The position numbers and the translations under genes are program-made. A stretch of DNA of 64,000 nt from Lingula anatina (taxonomy: Eukaryota; Animalia; Brachiopoda), in NCBI GenBank assembly GCA_051362555.1, contig CM120647.1, forward strand, positions 11,384,651 through 11,448,650. Direction: 5' to 3'. The notes beneath the pieces were generated by a model. The model was not told where the DNA came from and searched no databases. It saw nothing but the letters and a program-made list of their open reading frames with translations. Below, one piece after another: positions 43,201-54,903 of the stretch; positions within the stretch are counted from its first letter, which is position 1; every line of letters begins with the position of its first letter.

Positions 43201-46035
43201 GGAGACCATCATGTCTGCCGCCGCTCCTCTCGGGAAGGATATTGAACAAAAAGTGGAGGCTCGTCTGAAAACCTGCAGCGTTACACAAGGTACTGGTAAA
43301 ATATTCTGATAGGGGATTTGAACGCCTGTAGTTTATGATAATTCCAGCCACATTGATAGCCTGCAGTGGTAACTGGGCCCGACTGTATTAAGACTACTCA
43401 GAAGAATTATCTATATTTAACTGGTATCTATTTCTATTTCATGCTATATATGAGTGTGTGTTCGTGTGTTTATCTACATCAGAAGCGATCGAGCATCACA
43501 TAGCCAGTTTTGTTGGCCTAAATTGTTCAAACCGCCTTCTCTCGCAAGAATATTTAAAGAAAAATAGAATCAACTTTAGTTCTATTTTTAAGGCTACGGT
43601 TTGACGGAAACCAGTCCGGCATGCTCTCTTCCCCCCTTAGACAAAAAGGCAAGAAGATCTGGCTCCTCTGGGATATTGGTGGCCAATACAGAGTGCAAGG
43701 TAAGCAGCAGGGGCGGATCCAGAGACATTTTGACACTCTTCCAAATTACCTTCGTTGATTCATCCTCCATTTCTGATCGTCTTCCCACAGAAAAATCAGC
43801 TACCCATCAATGTAAACTTGAAAATATGACCGTCTTCCGTAAGACCCAGAAGACGACCTCAATCCGCCCCTGAGCAAAGGGTGTATATGTTTTCCCTTGA
43901 TATAGTACGTACTTATTAAATAAGTATGATTTAACGGTAAACGGGAGTACTGATAATGTCTTTGCATCTAACCTGCCTTGTAAATATGTTAAAGTGAATG
44001 GCATTATGTCCATCTTGTTCAAGATGTGCTGCGTATGTGTGTGTGTGTAGAAATAAACTACTACTACCAACACCAGAAATATTTAACTTGAAGCAGGAAA
44101 TAGCTATACTGCAGGATGTCTACGGTTTAATAGCAACACATGCACCCGGTATGTCATCCCGAGTGTGTTTCAGCGTGTGTGTTTCAGCGAGAAAACACGA
44201 GATTATGCGGGTTTTGAACCCACCCATAGCAAACAAACCGTAATCTGCCTCTAGGGAGGCTATTTCCCTGTTTCTGTAATGAGCCGTTTTTTATTGTTGT
44301 TACCTTTTCTTATATTCTCTAGGTCGTGGACCCACAGACAGGCAAGGAACTGGGTCCCAACCAAGACGGCGAGCTCTGGTTCCGTGGAAGCCATATCTTC
44401 AAGGGGTACCTCAACAATCCTGAGGCCACGGCGGCCGCCATTGACAGCGACCGGTGGTTCCATAGCGGTAGGTAGAACATCCTCTCTACTACATTGTAAG
44501 GTTCAGCTCCTGGTATTGCGGAATGAGGCCCACCAACACAGAACTTCAAGTTTAATTTCGTAAACGAAAAGGTTCCAGACAAAATAATGAAAAACAGGAT
44601 AAATGCATTTAATTGTGCTTGTACATCCCCACCTTTATTTTTTCTCTTTACTTGATGTCAGTGTTTTGCTTATTGTTCGTATCAGAAAGTCACATACATA
44701 TTCTAATTTGAGTAATGTTCATTTCACAATAAAGCTTTTCTCTTAATCACATCAGTGATTTTAACATTTGTTTATTTTCTAACTTTGTTTAACACTTGAA
44801 TAATTCTGACTTGCCCAATTATTTTTACTGTTTTATACTGCAGCCCTCTCCAGTGTAAAACAATAATAAAAAGTGATATAAAACAGTTTTGCAAATATAA
44901 CGCAAAATGTCATTTATTTTTTTACTCACGTGTCTATGAAATTAATTGTCTTCTTATTTAGAATTGTGTACTGTTGATTTCCTAGGTGATATTGGTCACT
45001 ATGACGACGACCAGTACATTTACGTCATTGACAGAATTAAAGAATTCATCAAGTACAAAGGATTTCAGGTATTGGTATAATATTTGATAAGTCATTTTAG
45101 TGCATATTAACATGGAGGGAAATGAAGAGTAAATGAACAACAATGAAAATAAATGGAAAATTAAATAATAATTCACCACATTTTAAAATGCTAAGCATTT
45201 GCATTTTATGATATTCCATCTGGACATAATTAACGATGCCATGTCGTTGCAGGAAGAACAAATGTTAGGAAAAAAGTTTTGAAAGCTTCATTGAATATTT
45301 CCATCGCATTTCCTTCTTAGTTTTTACATATAGCAATTCTATAATGCCCCACCAGGTAGCGCCTGCGGAACTTGAGGGTTTGCTGGTGACACACTCTGCC
45401 GTAGCGGACACTGCAGTAGTTGGGCGCCCTGATGAAGACGCTGGAGAGCTGCCCATGGCGTTCATTGTGCTGAAACCTGGACACACCGCTACCGAGACGG
45501 AGATAATGGACTTTTTAGCAGGTACATGTACCATGCCATAAGAACACGTTTCTTGGCTGTCTGTACTCGGGGTTTAATTTTTGATGTTAGAGTTAACGTG
45601 GTACAGCCTTTGTTTAAAAATTACAGATTTACTTGTAAGATTGTTTTCATTTGTTCATTTTTAATCTATTCTTAATTTTATTATTAATAAAAGAGAATCA
45701 TTCTTTACTTAGAGACTATATAACATAATTCGATATCAATCACGAGTTTTCGGTCCACCGTGTACCTTGGTCAAGTGAATGGCTGTTTCGCTCCGGAATC
45801 CGACGCTCAGGAAAAAGGACCCTATCGTAAACTCTCGGGAGTTGGAGGCCCTGGTTGTGTTAGAAAATGTGTGCGTGTGGGGAGGGGGAGGGGTCCGTCC
45901 TGATGTCAACTGTTTCTCTTACTTAGCGACTCAGCGTCGGATTCCAGCGCGAAATCACCGCTGATGTGACGCTGTGTTTAACTGCTGTAATTGCTGTAAA
46001 GCTCATATGTGAAATAATAATTCTTTTTATCGCCC

Positions 46036-46078
<43 letters not shown>

Positions 46079-46357
46079 GAAAAGGGAGACAGTAACCTTA
46101 ACATGTTATCCACAGTGTTGTCTTCTTCCTTTCACTGTCTTTTTTTAGTTTGCAGTTTCTAATATCATTTATATATTCTGTATAGACTTTTATTATGATT
46201 AATGTTTTCAGCCAAAGTGGCTCCATTCAAACGTCTTCGAGGCGGAGTTGAAATCGTTCAGGAGATCCCGAAGACCGCCAGCGGGAAGATTCTGCGGCGA
46301 GTGTTGCGTGAAAAATTGCGGCAGAGGGCTCAGGGCTCGATGAAATCTAAGTTGTGA
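39323..46357 (+). CDS. 4-coumarate-CoA ligase / firefly-luciferase-like acyl-CoA synthetase (ANL superfamily), peroxisomal, 535 aa, 11 exons
   Basis: Exons 39323-39424, 40753-40960, 41245-41348, 41637-41836, 42159-42333, 43118-43289, 43593-43699, 44323-44467, 44986-45068, 45356-45521, 46212-46357: all GT/AG, phase-consistent, 1,608 nt. Motifs [80 protein letters not shown]; C-terminal SKL. Confidence 0.96.
40368..40474. repeat. 54-bp tandem duplication in intron 1
   Basis: ctgtcctcgtccataagctg.aaag.gatcttgttgcct.cagcatgtaa at 40368 and 40422. Confidence 0.9.
43708..43872 (+). mobile_element. MITE family B (hAT-like termini) in intron 7
   Basis: 11-bp TIR CAGGGGCGGAT/ATCCGCCCCTG; flanks agcag/agcaa; reverse-strand relative at 58673-58852. 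Confidence 0.85.
45785..45955. mobile_element. Short inverted-repeat element (MITE-like) in intron 10
   Basis: gtttcgctccggaatccgacgctca versus reverse complement atttcgcgctggaatccgacgctga. Confidence 0.6.
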
Positions 46358-46558
46358 GATTGGCGTCTTCTGGGCCTGACAAAACTACATACATGTAGTT
46401 TGAGTTCTGGGAATGGGGTTTTAGATGGAACTTCAATACTCAATACTTTATCACTATCACCATCATCAGAGAAGTCAGCATAAGGCGGTTACTAGTTAAC
46501 AGCACAAGGCGATACTTAATTTACATGCCAATACTCATAGAGGGCGCTAGGATTCTCT

Positions 46559-46790
46559 GGTCATTGTAACTGAAAGCTTTTTGGTCTTGTTATAGTTCAG
46601 GTTATATATCATTGTAACTAAAAGCTACAAGTATTTTAGCCAGATTTTTGACCTCTTTATAGTTCAGATATATATCATTGTAATTGAAAGCTACAAGTAT
46701 TTTAGCCAGTTTTTTTTTACCTCGTTATAGTTCAGGTTGTATATCATTGTAACTGAAAACTAAGTATTTTAGCCAGCTTTTTGGCCTCAT
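46559..46790. repeat. Tandem repeat of about 65-70 bp (about 3.5 units) just downstream of the acyl-CoA synthetase stop
   Basis: ttatagttcag...atatcattgtaa.t.aaa.cta..agtattttagccag recurs three times plus a partial unit. Confidence 0.85.
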
Positions 46791-47275
46791 TATATTGGCC
46801 ACATATCCTGATATACAGGTACATGCATTTATCATAATCACCTACTTACAATTTTTTTTCTTTCTTTTATACGCATCTAGCATATACATGTATTTTCTTT
46901 TTGTTGCGTGAGCTCAAATATAAGGGACAAGTTGGTGAACATTTTACAACCATATTTCATACTTCTTAGTTGGAAATTCGAAACGCCAACATGTTGTACT
47001 GCGAAAGCCGGTCAGTTTAAGCCCACTTTACACTGGACGGCGTCCTCTCCGCGTCCCGTAGCATGGCCCTGTTTGAGAGTGAAAAATAATACTTTACGTG
47101 CCGACAACTGGCCTTTTATTGAGCATTCATTTTGAAACCAAAGCAATGCTTGTGCCTCCTTTTTCCGACCACAGCGATGCCAGTTTCATGGTCGACAAAG
47201 AACGCAGAAAGGACGCCGTCCAGAGTCAAGGGGGTTCAAGCGATCAAAGTGCGTCCACTCAGTTTCGTGACACCT

Positions 47276-47568
47276 GTGTGACAGGAATGGTTGTATTGGG
47301 GAGTATTGGGCTTCAGGCCCGTAGCCAGGGGGGGTTCGGGGGGTTCGAAAGAACCGCCCCTTTTGGTGGGAAAAGGTCCACTCTGGGTAAAATTTGATCT
47401 AGGTTCATGAAGTTTTTATTGAAAAAGGTCCACTTTTTCAGACAAAGAACCCCCCTTTTGAAATTGCTGACTACGGGCCTGGGCTTAGTATATATTTCAC
47501 GAATGTCGTCTCTACAAAGTAACTGAAAAAGGACCAAGGTTCCTAGCGGACTACCATTCCTGTCACAC
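47276..47568. mobile_element. Short inverted-repeat element hosting a nested MITE
   Basis: gtgtgacaggaatggttgt (47276-47294) versus actaccattcctgtcacac (47550-47568), 18 of 19 complementary. Confidence 0.65.
47314..47481 (+). mobile_element. MITE family C with 5-bp TSD (hAT5-like)
   Basis: TIR CAGGCCCGTAG/CTACGGGCCTG; exact GGCTT direct repeat on both sides; relatives at 53590-53770 (-), 56812-56952 and, more decayed, about 12815-12940. Confidence 0.88.
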
Positions 47569-48707
47569 CGACACAGGATGAAACAAATTTAGTTCTTTAC
47601 TGGGTTGACAACATTGGTATTTGAAGTCCACGAGAAACGTAAGCAAGGTTTTTATCTTCGTTTTATTTCATTTAATACGATACAAGTTATGTCATTTTTT
47701 TAGCTGCACGGTTTGTAGGAGTTACGAAATGGCCATGTATTATGTGGAATACAATTGTAGTTAGGCCCTATAAAGTTGAAAAGATGCAATAAATAAACTG
47801 GCACATTTGGAGTCCAATACTATTATGAGGCAATCTTAATAATGAACGTAGACATAACTAATAAAGACTTTTCAATCAGCCTACTTAAATGGTATGAAAA
47901 TGCGGAATGTTAAAACTTGTTATTCTTCATACATTGTAAATAGTTTTTTGCTGTTGTCTTTACGTTTTTAACACAATATTACAAACTAAGCCTCGGAGAA
48001 GATAAGTATAAGATTTAACATGTTTTACCTTCATAAGATAAAGTTCAGTAAATAAAGAGAACATCTGAAAGAAAAAAAAATTGAGCCTCTTAACAATTGA
48101 TAAAGACGATTGTCATCGCCAGACTACCAAAATATTTGCACAGGAGTCACAACCTTCAACCCTTGACGCCCCAGAGAGCGAATTATTATCAAAACAGGAC
48201 TCGAGCTTCTGAAAGGGGGGTGGCCACTGATCACGCTTATATTCGTTCATAATACGTAATGCTGGTTCAAACTGAGCAGAATATAGAAGCACTTTATCAG
48301 TTCAATAAATACTCCAACGTTTACCACCCGTATCATTATCATGTATATAATTTAATTAAGATAAATTAAGCAAATCAATTGTCTTATCTTTAGTTATTTC
48401 CGGAACATATTGAATAATAGGTGAATAACTTACATTTTGTATACGATTTTAGAAGCCACTGAAATCAGAGGGTAAGATAGAGGAAGGGAGAGCGAGACCA
48501 ACAATCAGACAGCAAACTAACAATTTACATCTGGTTATAATTTAGCTGGTAAAATAATAAAACAAAATATACCTCAACGGACTACAAACGCAACAAAGAA
48601 ATTACAACGTGCTTAGAGCGTATAGGTGACATTAAACAGTTCACAAAACAAGAAAAATAATGTTTTTAATAGATAGAGGATGAGAATTAAACAAGTCAAT
48701 GGTTTGT

Positions 48708-50027
48708 TCATATACTGTGCCACAGTATGGTCCTCAATATACTCCTCCACCGGGTCAATAGCCTGTCTTTCACTTTCACGTTGTGTTCCTTCATTTTCCT
48801 GCTGATGTCCGCCAGGTCTGTCGTCTCTAACTTGTCCACCAAATCTTCGATTGAATTGTAATACGTAATATGTGGCCACTGATAGAAATCAGAAAATTTT
48901 AACCAGTATTTGATAGCATCAGCGTCGACCTCGTTGTTGGGGTCTGGAACAGCAGCAGAAAGGACACCTTGGATGCGGGAACGCTGCGGGATAACCGACA
49001 TATTTTTAGACATGGTCATATCCCATGTGCGTTCGTTGAGGACGTGGTGCTCGCGCTGCCATTCTGTGAGAAGATCTAAAGACGGGAAGAAAAGTGGGAT
49101 GCCCATCCTGTATTGCTCAAACAGAGACATTACGGATACTTGGTACGGTATATAGACAATGCCAGGGTGGTGAGTGAGATCGCTATATGTATAGCGACTG
49201 TACAGACTTCTTAACTGTTCCAGTTTAACATAAGACGTCTTCATGTTAACAGCTTTTTTAAATCTCTCTAAAAACGAAGTCTCAAAGTGACCAACATGAC
49301 TTGGCGCCAGGAGGAATTCACGCCTCGTCACTTTTGAGTAAGAGTACGACTCACCAACATCACAGTAACTCTCGAGCACAGTGGTTTCAATACCGGTAAA
49401 GTAGCGTATATATTCCGCGTCATACAGATTATTACCAGAGACTATGTTACGAGGGTCTTTAGAAATCTTGATAAGATTCTCATTCCATTTTTTCCAGCGC
49501 TCCGGCTCAAATCTTCCCAACTCGTACCTCGTGGACGCTATAACCAATATAGCCTTATTAAACGGCATGAAAGCTTCACACATCGCCGCTGGATGGTTAC
49601 ATACGAAAGCGTCCACGGACTGCATCTCGGGGTCGTCTTTGTAGCTCTCGTAGAACTCTCTTTGTAGCTCCTCACTCATTGACATCCCATTGTTTCGGTT
49701 GAGCACTCTAAGCCCACGCGCACATGTTTTGGTACACGCGCCCGAGAGACTCATGTCGATCACTTTAACACCAAGAGGCTTCAGCAGATTTGTCAAGTCT
49801 TTAATAGGTGAGATGTGAAAGTCACTGCTCCAAATCACCAGACGTGGACACCTCTCCGTTGTACGGTGGACAATGAGCCTTTCTGCTAACAGCACAAGGA
49901 TGACCGCAACAAAGGTGTGAGTATATCCCTTTCTGTGACTCCATTTTAAACCCCTGTGAACAGAGGCGACGGCCCAAGGTGTCAGCTGCCTAACCGACTT
50001 CACTAACGCCTTCCAGTAACGTACCAT
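48708..50027 (-). CDS. Uncharacterised type II membrane protein, putative GT-B fold glycosyltransferase, paralog 1 (439 aa)
   Basis: Single 1,320-nt ORF; basic N-terminal tail followed by a hydrophobic stretch (TFVAVILVLLA); IVYIPYQVSVMSLFEQYRMGIPLFFPS resembles the GT4 nucleotide-sugar-binding segment. The paralog at 61415-62725 differs by many synonymous changes, supporting coding status; function is inferred. Confidence 0.88.
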   Translation of the reverse strand: MVRYWKALVKSVRQLTPWAVASVHRGLKWSHRKGYTHTFVAVILVLLAERLIVHRTTERCPRLVIWSSDFHISPIKDLTNLLKPLGVKVIDMSLSGACTKTCARGLRVLNRNNGMSMSEELQREFYESYKDDPEMQSVDAFVCNHPAAMCEAFMPFNKAILVIASTRYELGRFEPERWKKWNENLIKISKDPRNIVSGNNLYDAEYIRYFTGIETTVLESYCDVGESYSYSKVTRREFLLAPSHVGHFETSFLERFKKAVNMKTSYVKLEQLRSLYSRYTYSDLTHHPGIVYIPYQVSVMSLFEQYRMGIPLFFPSLDLLTEWQREHHVLNERTWDMTMSKNMSVIPQRSRIQGVLSAAVPDPNNEVDADAIKYWLKFSDFYQWPHITYYNSIEDLVDKLETTDLADISRKMKEHNVKVKDRLLTRWRSILRTILWHSI

Positions 50028-50291
50028 TTCATATTACCAACGGTCAATCTTAGAGGGGAGGCTGAGTTATCAGGGCACCACCCACTGTCATCTTGATTGA
50101 AACGTGTGTCGTAAAATCGCCAAATTGTATATAGACCGGGTGTTGATACCTAAAAACCACATCAAACGACCTCAGATTCCCATACTAGTATATCATAAAG
50201 CAAAAATATCCGACCAAAATAGGTTAAGGCGTTGAAAACGAATGTCGCAACATTCCGAAACAATACATATGATAAATTGCTTGGTCATTTT

Positions 50292-50303
50292 CAAGATGGC
50301 GGC
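50292..50303 (+). promoter_or_regulatory. YY1 consensus site in a CpG-containing putative (bidirectional) promoter
   Basis: Exact CAAGATGGCGGC about 265 bp upstream of the ATG of the minus-strand gene. Confidence 0.5.
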
Positions 50304-50505
50304 GTTGTAAACAATGCATTGCCCTGCAATTACTATTTATATAATAACGTTAGTCAAATTATGTTTATGGACTGAAGGAAAAATATTCAGGCTTTACGAG
50401 GGAGGCCGTACGAGGGTGAGTAAAGCAACTGGAGATATAGACGCCGAGAAGGAAACATGCAGAAAAACAAGGTCATCTTATTTGTGTAGAGCGGCCAGGA
50501 ATTCG

Positions 50506-50548
<43 letters not shown>

Positions 50549-53500
50549 TATTGTTGTGTATTAAATTCATCGTCCGAATTAACAGATGAGAAATTGAAGA
50601 GATGGACAGATATTTTATTAACCGCCCCAAGACCAAAGGCTCAATCGTCGTACAGGGAAGGGGAGAACGATAGAACGTATGTTTACCAGAGATAAGAGTA
50701 CAGTATACACTCTGTACAAGCCCTGTGCCATCATCATATCGTCACCGACTTTGTTCATTTTCTTGGACCAAGAACGCATTTTTGCCATTTCTAGGCCACT
50801 GTCTGACTTTTCACAGTAATAAAAACCGGTGTTCATGTGGGAACTGCCCCATAAATATATATTACTAGTATAATAATAGTGGTAGTGAGGCCATTGGTAT
50901 GCACTTTCGCAGTATCCCCCCCTCCCCCCGGTAACTCTCTCATTTTAATGGTGTAATGATTAAGTAGTGTGGTGACTTTGATAAATGTCTCTGTTATTCA
51001 GATAAATTAGTTTGGAAATTTACTAACTAATTTTTATTTTTTTTTTTTTCATTAAACCACCAAGCTCTTTGAGATCACAGCAAATTTTTATCCCAGGGAT
51101 GGCTGCAGTTTTCATAATATTTAAATGGCATAAAGTTTCATGTAAAAAAAAAAAAAAAAAAAAAAAAAGATTAGTCAATTTATTAGCAAACTGATTTATT
51201 TGAAAAGCAGAAACATTGTCCAGAGTCACCACACAAATTAATTTAGAAAAGATGTTGAAAACCAAATGTGTATGGTGGTGGGAGGGGAGGGGGGGTATTG
51301 CAAAAGTTCCAAGCCATGATAATTTGGTGTAAGCATAGTCACAGTGGAGGTGATCAACCCACAGGGTTCTCCCCCCCCCCCCCCCCAAAAAAAAAAAAAA
51401 AAAAAAAAAAAATTCAAGGTTAATGTTTACATTTGGGTGTGTTAGGGTTGCCTTCCTGTGCTTCATAGAATTTTTCAGTGGACAGTTAGATACTTTGAAG
51501 AAATTAAATTTACCAATTCAATGTAATAAAATCTATTACTGAAAAATGAATGAAAAATGACTCTGTCTTTCACAACTCTGCTGTGTGTTGCTTCTGCCAG
51601 TTTTTTTTCCGTGATAAATCTTTACATTATCTTTCTGCATTTTACATTGCTATAGATGCATCTCTGCAGCTGTTTCTTTTCTGCCTTCTTTACTCCCCAC
51701 CAAGTCCTCTTTTCATTATTATTATTATTATTATTATTATTGGATAAAATGGAAGATAGAAAGTCTAATTTATAATCTAATAATGCACTAGTAAATACCC
51801 GAAGCAGAAACCTACACATTTTTAGAATTGCCTTTCAAAAATCATCATCAAAAATCCAGTGATGGAGAATACTAACTAGTAGTTGTACATGTTTGTTAAG
51901 AGCTGAGCCCGTCAGTGTTTCCATCTACTTCTGGGCTGTTCCGTGGTATTTAGCCTAAAATTTAAAAAGAAAAAGTTCTACTTACAAAACATATAATTTC
52001 TGAAACCAGACATCACTAGACACCAGATTCCAAAAGAAAGTTTAGGTTTTGATGATTAATTATGATTTTATTGAGTATGGTGTTTCCTTTAAAAGCATTC
52101 AGTGAGAGAGCAGTCCGACATTGTCTACTGATAGGTTTTTGGTATGTCATTCATTGTCTCTAACATGCTGCACTTGAAGCATTTCATGGTTTTGATTTTA
52201 CAGTTTCTTTTTCAACTGCTTCCTCTGCTTATGACATTGTGTTTGTTGGGCGTAAAGAGGCCCAGCTAATTGTTTCCATGTTTATGTTATTCAAAAGTTT
52301 ATAAACACACATTTATCATATCCCCACCAGATCTAGGTTACCAGCAGTGTGAAGGATTTTTTTTTCTAGTATCAGTCTGACATTTGTCAGTGTTATGCAT
52401 TTTACAAGCTGCTGTGACAGTAGATGTAGATAACACCAGAAATGCCACAGGGAAATGTATTATATATAAACATTGTGTATATACTAGTAGACATTTCCAT
52501 GTGCAGATTTTCATTGAATTCCAAAATGATGCTTCAATGTCTGTCTGGTGTCCCAAATTCTCAATCAGTCCAGTTTTTTATTGCATTTATCACTGTTTGT
52601 ACTTGTGCAGTTTGAGCTGTATTGTTATTGGTTGATAAATGTGTTATGAGAAAATTTTAAACTGAAATTTAACTGGCTTACTTAATATCATGCATAGATG
52701 ATTTTACACTAAAATTATTAAATTTCTTTTCAGGTTTTTCTCCACATCTGGTTTGAAGATCTGCCATATATTTTGGTATTCAGACAGATGAAGCAGCAAT
52801 ATTAAATTAGTATACTAGTATAGAACATGTAAACCTTATCACTTCACAAACATTTTAAAAAGTAACCCCTAAATCATGTAACGATTGTTTGACTCCCATC
52901 TTATTATAGCAGAAAAAATATAATCAGGCATGTTGAATCACTGATTCAGAATCTGTGGTGCCTTGATTTCTTTCATGCTTTGGAATTTATTCCATATTTC
53001 AAAAATACTGAAATTTTGCTCTAAGGGATTTCCATTCTGTACTCCACTGTATCATAAAAGCCTTTTGTCAGTAAATAACATCCTACTATAGGGTACCCTG
53101 TGGGGTTTGTGATGTTGTATTATTATAGTTGTGTCCTCCCCCCCTCCCCAGTCAACTCCTTCAGTACATTTTAATCTTGAAAAGATTTCATCAACAAGAG
53201 TAGATAAGAAAGTTCATGTAGGTTATTTGACTATACAAAAGTATTTTTTATCTGATGTAGAAATAGGTTTAGTTTAAAGCTTTCTGGTTTGAAGCCACCA
53301 TATATTTCACAATCAGCCCTTGGCTACGACAAAAACTTGAAAATTTCCTCACTTGAAAATAAATTCATATTTTTAAATGCCTGAATCCAACATGGCCAAT
53401 ATTAGGTGACAAACCTTTCAGTCTATTTAACATTGGCAGTATTCTGCTTGAGTGCCTCTTTCTTATATATCAAAACTTAGTGTAATACTGCATATACTGA

Positions 53501-53589
53501 GTAATTATTATTATTCAAATTAGAAAAGGTTGCATGTCACAATAAGATATTTACATCATGAAGTACATTTAGTTAGAATTTTTTTAAAA

Positions 53590-53770
53590 CAGGCTTGTAG
53601 CCAGCAGTTCCGAAATGGGGGTTCTTTTTTTTTTTCCTTTTTTTAATTTGAAAAAGTGGACTTTTTACCATGAAACCTTCATGTACCTAGATAAAATTTT
53701 ACCCAGTGGTTACCTTTTTCCCAACAAAAAGGAATATTTCCCATCCCTGAACCCCCTGGCTACAGGCCTA
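53590..53770 (-). mobile_element. MITE family C copy
   Basis: caggcttgtagccag...cctggctacaggccta; interior is the reverse complement of 47314-47481, with CpG sites decayed to TG/CA. Confidence 0.8.
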
Positions 53771-54716
53771 GGTAGTAATTTCTGTTAAATGCTCTTAGAC
53801 CTATGGAGAGAGGACCTTGTAAATTCCTGAGAGACCTGGCATATGGCCTGACTACTTGACTGTCCCTTGGTCACTGGGGATCTAACCCTAGGGAGGGGGG
53901 TATTTTTTCACTTAGAGATTTTTTAATCAGTACTCCTGGAGGCAGAATGTACTTTTGATTTCTTTTAATAAATTAATTTTTTTTCTGTCCCTAGTCAAGA
54001 CCCAGGCAGTGGGGCGGGTCCCTGGGGCTGGTTGTGTGTGTGTGTGTGTGTGTTTTTAACATGAATTTTGATTTTTTAAAACTAATTTTAGTACTAGTTT
54101 AAATGATCTTACATGTATCAATATGTTGCATGTGTGCTTTATGTTATTTTCACATGTATTATATTAAATAATAACAGTGCTTAAAAGGACCCAAGGGTCC
54201 TTAGGGAAGGAACTGTCCCTGTGTGGGGAGGATTAGTTTTTTTTCACTTACATAATTTTGTCATTGGGGCTTTTAGAGTACCCTCTACCAGGGCTGCTGT
54301 TATTATTAGGTGGACATATTTGCTGAGACACAATACAGAGATTAGCCATCTATTTAACCAGACTGAGAGACATGTCTGTAAATATCTAGTGGAAAATCAA
54401 TCTGTGGCCCTTGTAGAGGGTACTTTAAGAACTAAGCTTGAAGGCAGATGTGTTGGGTTGTTATTATGATGAGAATTATAAATAATGTACACCAGTGCGA
54501 TAGCTTAGATCACCATGGGGGTACCTTGATGGTCTGTGATTTCTTTCTTTCTTTTTTCTTTCTTTTTTTCCCCTTCTTGCATGAATTAAATTTAATGGGT
54601 TTGGTGTAATAAATAATCTTGCATGCAAAATAATTACTACAATGAATGTTTGATTTAAGGGTGTGGATAGACCAGGGTTGGGGCTGTACATGGGGGTGGG
54701 GCTGGCAATGGGGGGC

Positions 54717-54903
54717 TGGCCCTGGGGTGGGGTTGGCCCTGGGGTGGGGCTGGCCATGAGATGGGGCTGGCCCTGAGGTTGGGTTGGCCATGAGATGGGG
54801 CTGGCCCTGAGGTTGGGTTGGCCATGAGATGGGGCTGGCCCTAGGTTGGGTTGGCCATGATATGGATCTAGCCCTGAGGTTGGGTTGGCCATGATATGGG
54901 GCT
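54717..54903. repeat. G-rich minisatellite: 34-bp unit made of two alternating 17-mers
   Basis: ggccatgagatggggct + ggccctgaggttgggtt, with units starting at 54752, 54786, 54820, 54853 and 54887. Confidence 0.92.

Noticed and set aside
52049-52131. C/D-box snoRNA (TGATGA...CTGA)
   Set aside because: No terminal stem and no convincing rRNA-complementary guide recognised; such boxes arise by chance in AT-rich DNA.
54476-54892. Pro/Gln-rich ORFs of 138 and 93 aa
   Set aside because: Translation of the 34-bp minisatellite; the unit is not a multiple of three and shifts frame.
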